64,000 bases of DNA from an uncultured Methanosarcinales archaeon (GTDB lineage: Archaea; Nanobdellota; Nanobdellia; Woesearchaeales; DSVV01). Each line of letters opens with the position of its first letter. Positions within the stretch are counted from its first letter, which is position 1. The stretch covers positions 2,801 to 66,800 of the forward strand of contig CAYLMH010000005.1 in NCBI GenBank assembly GCA_964385055.1, given 5' to 3'. A model generated the notes under the pieces. It worked only from the letters and a program-made list of their open reading frames with translations. It did not search any database and had not been told where the DNA came from. Of this stretch, positions 44,525-53,258 are shown piece by piece. The translations under genes were made by a program, and so were the position numbers.

Positions 44525-45148
44525 ATGGTCTACGTTGTGCAGCCGACAACAAGGATACTTTTTTCTATGGTTCTTGAAGACACAGCAGTGCAGGATTTTC
44601 TTGAAACAATGAAGAGACATCACGCAGATACTGCGCTTCACTCGAAAAGAGTAGGGGTATATACTCTGGATATATATGTCACAAAACACATGGCAACGGA
44701 AAGCGGTATAATCGTCATAACACAAGACAATCTCAGCGAAGCATTACGCTGGGGTGCTGCGGGAGTATATCATGATGCAGGAAAATTATTAACTCCTGTT
44801 GAAATATTAGCAAAGCCAGGAAAGCTCGATGAGAAAGAAAGAGCAAGAATGAATAGGCATCCTCTCCTTGGACTTCAGATTTTAGATGAGTATACAAGAG
44901 ATGAAGCAGCGTATCATGCTGCAGTAGGACACCATGAATATAAAACAGGAGCATCATATCCACGACACAAAAGAAGAGGGGAAGATGAACTTGTCGAAGC
45001 AGTTGCGCTTGCGGATTTCTACGATGCGCTGGCAAGTAAACGAGGATACAAACCGGCATTTTCAAAAGATGAAATAGAACGAATAATGCACGAAGAATTT
45101 AATGGAAACCCACAACATCTTGATGAACTTTTAAGAAGATCTGCATAA
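44525..45148 (+). CDS. HD-GYP-type phosphohydrolase
   Basis: HSKRVG, YHDAGKLLTP, RMNRHP and GHHEYKTGASYPR (an HHExxxGxxYP variant). Confidence 0.7.
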   Translation: MVYVVQPTTRILFSMVLEDTAVQDFLETMKRHHADTALHSKRVGVYTLDIYVTKHMATESGIIVITQDNLSEALRWGAAGVYHDAGKLLTPVEILAKPGKLDEKERARMNRHPLLGLQILDEYTRDEAAYHAAVGHHEYKTGASYPRHKRRGEDELVEAVALADFYDALASKRGYKPAFSKDEIERIMHEEFNGNPQHLDELLRRSA

Positions 45149-45359
45149 CACGGAAACGCCACTTACATTATGCTCGTCTATCCCATGCCTTTAGGCATGG
45201 GTTTTACGGCTTGCAAACTAATGGTGGCGTTTCCGTGGGATGTAAAATCGGCGCTTACGGAATCTCTGCGCTACATCCTCGCACTAAATGCGCAAAACTC
45301 GTTTTGCGTATATTACAAATCGCAGATTTGAAATAGTGCAAGGTTTTGCGCCGATTTTT
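45149..45359. ncRNA. Structured GC-rich element in a convergent gap (ncRNA or compound bidirectional terminator)
   Basis: 14-bp stem CACGGAAACGCCAC/GTGGCGTTTCCGTG (45149-45162/45224-45237) encloses CCCATGCC/GGCATGGG. AAAATCGGCGC (45244-45254) pairs with GCGCCGATTTT (45348-45358) around further hairpins. Confidence 0.4.
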
Positions 45360-45364
45360 CATAG

Positions 45365-46603
45365 TTATTGGAGTTCTTTATTCTTCACCACAACTTTTCC
45401 ATCAACAAGAACAGTAGAAACATTTCCGCCAGGAGTAGAATAAACTAAATGAGAAAGTACGTTTTCTTTTGAGAGAGGCCAATGATTCTCAGCAACATCA
45501 AGGCAAATAATATCCGCCTTCTTTCCAATCTCAAGAGAACCAATTTCATGACGCATACCAATCGCAGCAGCGCCATCAATCGTTGCCATATCAAGTAATT
45601 TCTGCACAGGAGCTGCTTTCGGATCCCAGCGATGGTGTTTATGCAAAAGACCGCAGATCATCATTTCTTTGAACATGTCCATGGAATTGTTTGACGCAAC
45701 AGAATCTGTTCCTAAGCCAACAACAACCCCTTCCTCAAACATTTCCATGAGCGGAGTAACGCCACCTGAAGAAAGTTTCATATTCGAAACAGGACAGTGT
45801 GCAACAGCAGATTTATGCTGTGCAATAATGCGAACTTCTCCTTTTGTCAACCAGATGCTGTGGACAAGAAGTGTTTTTTCATTCAAGAACCCAAGAGATG
45901 CAAGATATTCCGCAGGAAGTTTTTTGTGTTTGTCAAAACAATCAAAACGTTCTTTTCGTGTCTCTGCGAGATGAATAGGAGTCAAAAGATTTTTCCGATG
46001 ACAATAATATTTGATGTCCTTCAAGGTCTGTTCGTCACAAGTATAAATGGAATGTGCGCCTAAACCAAGAGTAATAAGCGGATGAGAAAACCCATCGATC
46101 AGTTTTTTCGCAGCAGTAAGTTGTTCTTTCGCGTTTCCTAAAAATCCATAAATCACAGGGCAGAGAATTGCGCGAATAGGATGTTTCTTCACGCCAGCAA
46201 GCACCGGCGCAACAGGAGTATACATTTCAACGAATGTTGTTGTTCCTGAAAGCAACATCTCTTTGCAAGCTTGTTCTGCATTTTGTTGAATCTGCTTTGG
46301 AGTAAATTTCTTTTCAGCAGTAACTACTTTATCAAGCCATGCGGGAAGTTCTTCATCATCGCAAATGCCACGCAAAGAATGCATTCCTATGTGCGTGTGC
46401 GTGTTAATCAACCCAGGCATAACAATCTTGTCAGAACAATCGATTGTTTTTTCTTTTACGTTTGTTTTACCTTTTCCTTTCAAATGCTTGCCAATTTTCG
46501 TTATCTTGTTCTTTTCTATAAGAATATCAACTGATTCAAGAACATCTCTGTTTTCGTTTTGGGTAACGACAAATCTACAATTTGTTAATAAAAGTGTTGC
46601 CAT
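45365..46603 (-). CDS. mtaD: Amidohydrolase, MtaD/DadD-like nucleoside deaminase
   Basis: Metal ligands PGLINTHTHIGMH, HLAET, VHSIW and GTDS. Confidence 0.7.
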   Translation of the reverse strand: MATLLLTNCRFVVTQNENRDVLESVDILIEKNKITKIGKHLKGKGKTNVKEKTIDCSDKIVMPGLINTHTHIGMHSLRGICDDEELPAWLDKVVTAEKKFTPKQIQQNAEQACKEMLLSGTTTFVEMYTPVAPVLAGVKKHPIRAILCPVIYGFLGNAKEQLTAAKKLIDGFSHPLITLGLGAHSIYTCDEQTLKDIKYYCHRKNLLTPIHLAETRKERFDCFDKHKKLPAEYLASLGFLNEKTLLVHSIWLTKGEVRIIAQHKSAVAHCPVSNMKLSSGGVTPLMEMFEEGVVVGLGTDSVASNNSMDMFKEMMICGLLHKHHRWDPKAAPVQKLLDMATIDGAAAIGMRHEIGSLEIGKKADIICLDVAENHWPLSKENVLSHLVYSTPGGNVSTVLVDGKVVVKNKELQ

Positions 46604-46637
46604 ACAGGTATAAAAGAAGAGGAGGTTTTAAACATTT

Positions 46638-47195
46638 CTAATCAGAAAGAGAATTTCGTTGTGCAACAGTAGATCTCAGCTCTGCTAGTAATCTTTCTTC
46701 TGCGGCTTTATGTTCTTGGCGTCTTTGTTGCAACAATCTCATTTTTTCTCTTAGAGGAACATATTTAGGATCATCCTCTTCCCTTGCTATAAAGCTCTTC
46801 ACCCCTGCAGGAGAATCATTGTATTCTGGTTTTTGTATACCTGTCAGATATTTTTCAATAAGTTCAATATCTGAGTCAGATAATAACACAGGATGATTAT
46901 AACCACTATAATATCGAGAAGAGCGATCCTCACAAGTGATATCAATGGCTATTTTATTTCCCCTATCATATAAAATAAATTGATTTGGAAAAGGGGGCCC
47001 ATAATCCATTGCAGTCATGTAACCTGTTGCTGTAGAACGCACAATAGCATAAAAGCCATCATCTTTTAATTGAGGAGGAACAGAATATTCTCCAGGAATC
47101 AGTTTTGGGATTTCTGCTTCACTCTCTAACCTTCTATCTTTTGAACTTCCAGTTGTTAAAGCAAAAAATGAAATAACAAGATCATACAATCCCAT
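46638..47195 (-). CDS. Hypothetical protein
   Basis: 185-aa ORF with no motif recognised. Confidence 0.5.
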   Translation of the reverse strand: MGLYDLVISFFALTTGSSKDRRLESEAEIPKLIPGEYSVPPQLKDDGFYAIVRSTATGYMTAMDYGPPFPNQFILYDRGNKIAIDITCEDRSSRYYSGYNHPVLLSDSDIELIEKYLTGIQKPEYNDSPAGVKSFIAREEDDPKYVPLREKMRLLQQRRQEHKAAEERLLAELRSTVAQRNSLSD

Positions 47196-47340
47196 AAAAA
47201 GAGATTATTTGAAAAGTTTATATTTTTTACTAAAACCAATACAAAAAGCATTCAAGAGTAATGTCGTGATTAATGAAGAAAATAATGATTTGTCTTAAGA
47301 AAACAGAAAAAAATTACAAAAATAATTGAAAAGAATATAA

Positions 47341-47532
47341 TTATTCTTTCTTCACATTAACTGCTTTTGATCCTCTATCTCCTTGTTCGACGTCAAAGGT
47401 AACAGAATCATTTTCGCGTAAAGTGACGCCTTCTGCGAGTGCTGATTTGTGGACAAAAACTTGTGTTCCGTCTTCAGCAATGATAAATCCAAAGCCTTTT
47501 GCTTCATTAAAAAATTTTATTGTTCCTTTCAT
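47341..47532 (-). CDS. csp: Cold-shock domain protein
   Basis: GTIKFFNEAKGFGFI (RNP1) and VFVHKSAL (RNP2-like). 63 aa. Confidence 0.9.
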   Translation of the reverse strand: MKGTIKFFNEAKGFGFIIAEDGTQVFVHKSALAEGVTLRENDSVTFDVEQGDRGSKAVNVKKE

Positions 47533-47671
47533 GTTGTTTATCTCCGTATGTTGTTTACTTGATTTTCAAAGACCAATCAACAAACTTGTTGAATAACTAA
47601 TCAACCAGTAGTTAAAAAGCCCTTAATATGGTATAGATAACAGTGTTCATTTTTAAATGCTCCTGTCAATT

Positions 47672-48220
47672 TCACTGCAACTCTCGTTTCAGCGTCTTAT
47701 GCGCGCGGTTGATCGCTTTGAATTTCTCTGTATCGCCACCATCCATGTCAGGATGATTTTTCTTGGCAAGTTCCTTATATTTTGCGTTAATAATGTCCAT
47801 GTTCGTCTCAGTAGGATCAACGCCTAAAGTAATGCGTGCTTGTTTCCGTTCTTCTTCAACATCATCTTCTTCTGAAAAAGAGCTGAAAAATTCTTCAAGT
47901 GTTTTATGACCAGAAAGATACGCATTAACTTCAAGTTCAATAACTTTGAAAACAATAGAAAGATTCTCTACATATTTGTTCGCAATTTTGTAGCTGTAGT
48001 ATAAACGACGACCATCCATGTACCACGTCGCAGACGCGGGCGCGTTCTTGAAAGCGCTGACATCTTGTGGAATATCAATATCATCTTCTGTAAGGCCAAG
48101 TTTTTTAAGTGTCAAAATAATATTGTTTTTGTATTGCACTGCTCGCCTGTCATACGAATCACGAATAGTGGGAGTATTGATATCATATCCCTTAATTCTA
48201 ATTATTGCCATTGTTTTCAA
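47672..48220 (-). CDS. J-domain protein (C-terminal DnaJ domain, novel N-terminal domain)
   Basis: INAKYKELAKKNHPDMDGGDTEKFKAINRAHKTL contains the HPD tripeptide. Confidence 0.7.
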   Translation of the reverse strand: MKTMAIIRIKGYDINTPTIRDSYDRRAVQYKNNIILTLKKLGLTEDDIDIPQDVSAFKNAPASATWYMDGRRLYYSYKIANKYVENLSIVFKVIELEVNAYLSGHKTLEEFFSSFSEEDDVEEERKQARITLGVDPTETNMDIINAKYKELAKKNHPDMDGGDTEKFKAINRAHKTLKRELQ

Positions 48221-48885
48221 ACCATCTCAAAGACATCTTCCAAGTTTACCATTGGTTTGTCTACTTTATTTTTATCATCAATCCCAATGCGAGGGCATGC
48301 GCTATTCACCCAACACTGCACAAACGGAAAATTATTCATTTGTACAAAATCAACAGTGTTGGATAAGAGTAAATATACTTTCTTTCCTTTTGCTTCGCAT
48401 TTTTCTTTAAACAATAAACAGCGTTTCATAAACTGCTGTCCTGGTTTTGTCGAAATCAAAACGCCAATATTGTCTGCTTCAAGAAATTTCATGATCGAAA
48501 CTTTGTGCTGCCGAACAGCAAGATCAATATCCTTTCGATCAAAAAGCACCATCTGCTTGGTGTAAGGATTGTAACAAAAAATAGGTTTTTCATTCTTTAT
48601 TGCGATTGCCTGCGGATGAAAAACACCATCGCCAATATAGAGAAATGCTGGCGCAGGATAATCAAGATATTCACAGCCAAGAATTTGTCCAGCACGCTGT
48701 GTATGTTTGCCTTTCAAAAGATGGACTGTAATGCCTGCATCCTTTAATTGCTGCAAAACGCCCTCGATAGAATCAATAAATTGAATCGTTGTAAAGAGTC
48801 CAAGTTCTCTTGGAAGCTGTTTAATTTGTTCAGAAGAAAGTGCTATCTCCATTGCAACGTGTGCTTCGAGGAATAATGTCTTCAT
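48217..48885 (-). CDS. dph2: Diphthamide synthase Dph2, C-terminal fragment (domains 2-3)
   Basis: GQILGCEY, FLYIGDGVFHP, CYNPYT and NSACPRIGIDD carry the second and third Fe-S Cys. It lacks domain 1. Start chosen at ATG 48885; the ORF track starts at TTG 48951. Confidence 0.75.
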   Translation of the reverse strand: MKTLFLEAHVAMEIALSSEQIKQLPRELGLFTTIQFIDSIEGVLQQLKDAGITVHLLKGKHTQRAGQILGCEYLDYPAPAFLYIGDGVFHPQAIAIKNEKPIFCYNPYTKQMVLFDRKDIDLAVRQHKVSIMKFLEADNIGVLISTKPGQQFMKRCLLFKEKCEAKGKKVYLLLSNTVDFVQMNNFPFVQCWVNSACPRIGIDDKNKVDKPMVNLEDVFEMV

Positions 48886-48966
48886 AAAGGGGTAAAAACA
48901 GAGGTTGTCTTTTAAAGGTTTGCATGAGAGAAAGAGAGAAAGCTCATCCAAAAGGAATATAAGAAA

Positions 48967-49971
48967 TCATTCCCACAATTTTTCGTTTTCATTAAGATAG
49001 GTATACGCAGAAAAGACAGCAAGAACCCCTTCCGCGACACCAGTGATTGCCTGCTTAAAGCGAGTGTCACAAACATCACCTGCTGCGTAAAAGCCAGGAA
49101 CATTGGTTTGCGCGTCTCTGTCAATAGGAACTTCTCCTTTAGCGTTTAAAGTAACGCCAATTTTCTTTGCAAGGTCTGAAAGCGCGATGTGTCCTATTTC
49201 AATAAATAACGCATCAAGTTTAAATTCTTTTTTTCCATGATAGGCTTTGTCAAAGACAACACCAGTAATATATTTCTCTCCTTTGACTTCAACAACATTA
49301 GTCGTGCTGATAATTTCAATTTTCCCTTCTTTAATTTTCTTCTCAATACGAGTCATGTTGACGGGTTCTGGTCTGATTTTTTCTCCACGGTAAATAATAT
49401 ATACTTTTTTACCCCATTGGGTTAAGAGCAATGCTTCTTTCGCAGCAGAATCAGATCCGCCAACAACACCGATAATCTTTTCTTTGTAAAATGCACCATC
49501 GCAAAGCGCGCAGGTATGCACTCCTTTGCCAAAATAATTGTCTTCTCCAGGAACACCGAGTTTTCGTGGTTTTGTTCCTGTCGCAAGCAATACTGTTTTT
49601 GCTTTGAAAGAAGATCCATTTTTTGTGGTCACGGTGAAAATATGCTTCTTTTTGTCCTGCGCAAGATCATTGACCAGTCCATCTTCAACATCAATGTCAT
49701 ATTCTCGTGCGTGTTGTTCAATGTTATCTGCCAACTGCGGACCTGTCAATTTTTTGAAACCCGGATAATTTTCAACGTCATCTGTCAGCATAATGGTTCC
49801 GCCAGGAGTATCGCCAACAATTAATGTTTTGAGTTGCATTCTGCCTGCATACATCGCAGCGCCCCAGCCAGTCACTCCTGTTCCAATGATAAGAATATCG
49901 TAGAGTTGTTTTGGATTGCCTTTGCCGACCATGGAGACATTAAACAGGGTTTCGTTTATATATTTTGCCAC
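48967..49971 (-). CDS. trxB: Thioredoxin-disulfide reductase
   Basis: FAD motif IIGTGVTGWGAAMYAGR, redox-active CALCDG, NADPH motif VVGGSDSAAKEA and GFYAAGD. Confidence 0.9.
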   Translation of the reverse strand: MAKYINETLFNVSMVGKGNPKQLYDILIIGTGVTGWGAAMYAGRMQLKTLIVGDTPGGTIMLTDDVENYPGFKKLTGPQLADNIEQHAREYDIDVEDGLVNDLAQDKKKHIFTVTTKNGSSFKAKTVLLATGTKPRKLGVPGEDNYFGKGVHTCALCDGAFYKEKIIGVVGGSDSAAKEALLLTQWGKKVYIIYRGEKIRPEPVNMTRIEKKIKEGKIEIISTTNVVEVKGEKYITGVVFDKAYHGKKEFKLDALFIEIGHIALSDLAKKIGVTLNAKGEVPIDRDAQTNVPGFYAAGDVCDTRFKQAITGVAEGVLAVFSAYTYLNENEKLWE

Positions 49972-50018
49972 TTTGTTTCTGAGAAATCTTTAAAAATAGT
50001 TCTCGATTCTTCTGTAAG

Positions 50019-50849
50019 ATGTTAGAAGAGTATCTCCATTTCAATCCAATATTTTTTGAGAAAGAAGTAAGAGGAAGAGCAGCAAGACAGTATAACGGAT
50101 TTCTTACATATCAAGAAGAAGAAATTAGTCTTTTATTTGGCCTAAATCCGCTTTCTTCTGATCCTGATCAAAAGCGAGAGATAGAGCTAAGATTTTTTCA
50201 TGTTTACGATCACTTTCAGAGATGGTGTGAAAGAGATACGCATTTGCTTGTTGCAGAGAGAAAAGGAATACACTCTCTGAGCAGAGCAAATTCTTTACAT
50301 GAGGCGTATCTTGCTGAAATCATAGCAGCAGAATCTCTCGATAGAGATAGTCTGCAAAAATACGCTTCATCAAGAACTATCGCACATCTTCATAGACTTG
50401 CACAACCATTGGGACAAATGTATGGAAGAAAATATGACCCTAAGTTAGATAGCAGAGACGAAGAAATGAGAGTATCGCATGAAAGACTGCAAAACAGTAT
50501 TTGTGAAGCATTTTCCAGAGATTTTCTAGTATATCTTGCAAAGAAACCTACAAAAGAAGCAACTGAAGTGTGGCATCAGGTAAGAGAGACTGTGGGATAT
50601 GAAGGAGAAGGAGTATTCTTTTTTTGGACAGTTGCTCCATATGTTCACCATTGCCAAAAGCAAGCAGGCATATCTCAAGAAGAAAGTATTGATAGAATCT
50701 ATTCTTGGATAAAAAGAAGCAATGCAGACACTTTTTTTAATGCACAACATCTTGTTCGCGGAGAATATGCAATTCTTGCTCCTGATCAAAGAATGCCTTC
50801 ACACTTTCAAGCACATCTTGTTGCACGGTATTTCTTAAGTTGTTCCTAA
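50019..50849 (+). CDS. Hypothetical protein
   Basis: 276-aa ORF with no motif recognised. Confidence 0.5.
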   Translation: MLEEYLHFNPIFFEKEVRGRAARQYNGFLTYQEEEISLLFGLNPLSSDPDQKREIELRFFHVYDHFQRWCERDTHLLVAERKGIHSLSRANSLHEAYLAEIIAAESLDRDSLQKYASSRTIAHLHRLAQPLGQMYGRKYDPKLDSRDEEMRVSHERLQNSICEAFSRDFLVYLAKKPTKEATEVWHQVRETVGYEGEGVFFFWTVAPYVHHCQKQAGISQEESIDRIYSWIKRSNADTFFNAQHLVRGEYAILAPDQRMPSHFQAHLVARYFLSCS

Positions 50850-50977
50850 ACGTATTTGCTTACACGCACCAGCAACGCTTCTCTGTAGTCTAGCATCGCA
50901 AAAAGTATCTTTATATTTTTATTAAAAGAAATCAAGAAAAGACATTTAAACTTCCCGAAAATTATACTTATTATATT

Positions 50978-51062
50978 GCCGGCGTGGCACAATCTGGCTA
51001 CTGCGGTGGTCTCGAAAACCACTTCTCGAAAGGGAGTCTCGGTTCAAATCCGAGCGCCGGCG
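50978..51062 (+). tRNA. tRNA-Ser (anticodon CGA), type II with long variable arm
   Basis: Hand-folded. Acceptor GCCGGCG/CGCCGGC, anticodon stem GTGGT/ACCAC with loop CTCGAAA, variable arm TCTC-GAAA-GGGA, T arm CTCGG-TTCAAAT-CCGAG, discriminator G, followed by TTTTTT. No encoded CCA. Confidence 0.85.
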
Positions 51063-51133
51063 TTTTTTCTTATCAGATTTGAACATGCACAAAAATTCTG
51101 CGAATTTTTGGCACCTCTTCGTAAACTCAGAGG

Positions 51134-51159
51134 AATCCGAGCGCTGGCGTCTTTCTTAT
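51134..51159 (+). repeat. Direct duplicate of the tRNA-Ser 3' end plus trailer
   Basis: AATCCGAGCGCTGGCGTCTTTCTTAT compared with AATCCGAGCGCCGGCGTTTTTTCTTAT at 51047-51073. Confidence 0.6.
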
Positions 51160-51194
51160 TATAATTTTATAAACCGACTATTATTTGTTCCATT

Positions 51195-51848
51195 ATGCTT
51201 GAACAAATCGCTAAAATAAAACAAAAACCATTTGAAATTCAATTTCATTATGATGACATTAATGATATTAGCACGTTATTACAAAGTGCAGGATTCATTT
51301 CTCGTTCAAGACCACAAGTAAGATTCTCTCAACCCGTAACAATATCTAATATTAGAACACCTTCTGAACTTGAAGAAATAGCAAAAAATATAGATTCTTG
51401 TTTATACAATCCTTACAAAAAAGATCAATTAGAAGCATATGCACGTTTTTTAGATGATCCTGGAGCACTCTATTTTTCGTTTAATAGTCATCCGTATGTA
51501 GGATATTTTCGATTTTATGCAGGAAAAAGAATAAAATCCGAAGAAACTGTTCTTTTTGAGGATGTATTACGAACACGAAATGTAACGCAAGAAAAGAAAA
51601 CAATAATTTACCATCCTGAATGTAAAGCAATTGTCTTAAAAATAGTAGAAGCAATAGATATGTTAGATGAAAGTTATTTATATGTTCCTTTAAGGGATGT
51701 GGACTCATATGATGGTAAGCAACTTCGTATAAGAAAAATCGGATCTTCGTTTTTCAAAAAAGGCTTTGGAGATTGGTTTTATGATGGAAGACCAACTGAA
51801 GAAGGATGGCCACGATTTGAAAATGCACGAGAATTATTAGAGATGTAA
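51195..51848 (+). CDS. Hypothetical protein
   Basis: 217-aa ORF with no motif recognised. Confidence 0.5.
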   Translation: MLEQIAKIKQKPFEIQFHYDDINDISTLLQSAGFISRSRPQVRFSQPVTISNIRTPSELEEIAKNIDSCLYNPYKKDQLEAYARFLDDPGALYFSFNSHPYVGYFRFYAGKRIKSEETVLFEDVLRTRNVTQEKKTIIYHPECKAIVLKIVEAIDMLDESYLYVPLRDVDSYDGKQLRIRKIGSSFFKKGFGDWFYDGRPTEEGWPRFENARELLEM

Positions 51849-53225
51849 CGATTCCAACCATTCTTTCTTACTTTTCATTCCATTCTTCTTCGCCAATTTC
51901 TCCAAGGCCTTGTCAAAATTACTGCCATACTGTGCAGCGATTTTCTTTCGAGAAGCAAGAGAAGAAGGAACACCCATTCGCTGAGCAACTTCCCGCAATA
52001 TTACTTTATTCTGCTCTTCATTGAGTTTATATTTCGCAGGAACAGCAAGAGAATATCGAATCAGATCATAATCCAAAAAAGGCAAACGTAATTCAACAGT
52101 ATGCGCCATAGTCACCAAATCATCACGGTACAAATCTCTATCCCAAAGCAACGATAATCCGCGCAAACATTCTTCATTGACATTTCCTTTATTTTTCAAG
52201 ACATCAAGATGTCGCTGATAGCCAGCAAACAACTCCTCAGAACCAAGTCCACTCAAGAGAACTTTATGCCCATCAGCTGCAGCCATTTGACTACAGACAT
52301 AAAACGGCAATGCAACACCAACTTTCACGACATCTGTCGTCTCAATAATGCGAACAACGTCACGCACTGCTCTTTCAGTTTCATCAAGGGTTAATATCTT
52401 TGTCTTCAAAGCAAAACCAAGTTTTTCTGCAACCTCTTGCGCCTGTAATAAATCTGGAGCGTCTCGAGTATTTCCATCTGCAAACGCAGCAGTATAACAA
52501 GTAAAGTTCTTCCCTAATTTTTTAGAAATGAACGCAAGAAGTGTGGAATCAATACCGCCAGAAAACAAAATACCAAAATGATCAATTCCTTCAAGGCGCT
52601 TTGCAACTGCGAAGAAGAGTTTTTCTTCTAGTTCTTTCACTATTTTTTCTTTGGAATCTTTTGTTTCTTTGGGAAGCGTAAAAAATACGCGCTGTTCTTT
52701 TTTGAGTTGATGCGTCGTAACATCATACAGCAAAATTTCTGTCGGCAAAAGGAAGTGAGATTTTCCATACTGCGCCAATGCTTTTCCCTCAGAAGCAAAC
52801 GCAAATGTACGATCCTCAGATACATAACATAATGATTTTTCGCCGATGATATCGCGAGCAAGATACACAATATTACCTTTTTGGTAAAAGAAAGCGTACA
52901 CCCCATCAAGTTCATGAAGAGCAGCAAGTCCTTTTTTCTCAAGAAGTAAAAACAACAATTCCGCGTCATTCCGAGCGTGCAATTTGTATTTTGCATTCAG
53001 TTCCTGCCAGTTATAGATTTCACAATTCGTCATAAATGTTGATTGACCAGAAATGAATGGCTGTTTGACATGACCAACAATCGCATGGAGACAGTGAAAG
53101 AGAGCTTTATCCTTCTCTTCTATTTTTCCAACTGCGTCTTTTCCTCTGTGGACAATCTGATCAAAGGAGCGCTCTGCCTGTTTTGGATCAATGGTATTTC
53201 CGAAAACGCCGAATATGCCGCACAT
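51837..53225 (-). CDS. asnB: Asparagine synthase (glutamine-hydrolysing) family protein
   Basis: N-terminal nucleophile MCGIFGVFG and PP-loop FSGGIDST. Confidence 0.8.
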   Translation of the reverse strand: MCGIFGVFGNTIDPKQAERSFDQIVHRGKDAVGKIEEKDKALFHCLHAIVGHVKQPFISGQSTFMTNCEIYNWQELNAKYKLHARNDAELLFLLLEKKGLAALHELDGVYAFFYQKGNIVYLARDIIGEKSLCYVSEDRTFAFASEGKALAQYGKSHFLLPTEILLYDVTTHQLKKEQRVFFTLPKETKDSKEKIVKELEEKLFFAVAKRLEGIDHFGILFSGGIDSTLLAFISKKLGKNFTCYTAAFADGNTRDAPDLLQAQEVAEKLGFALKTKILTLDETERAVRDVVRIIETTDVVKVGVALPFYVCSQMAAADGHKVLLSGLGSEELFAGYQRHLDVLKNKGNVNEECLRGLSLLWDRDLYRDDLVTMAHTVELRLPFLDYDLIRYSLAVPAKYKLNEEQNKVILREVAQRMGVPSSLASRKKIAAQYGSNFDKALEKLAKKNGMKSKKEWLESLHL

Positions 53226-53258
53226 GAAGGAGAAAAAGGGAGATGAGTTTTTTAATCT

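Noticed and set aside
50978-53225. Integrated mobile element downstream of tRNA-Ser
   Set aside because: The duplicated tRNA 3' end lies only 87 nt from the original. No integrase, excisionase or phage- or plasmid-like genes follow.
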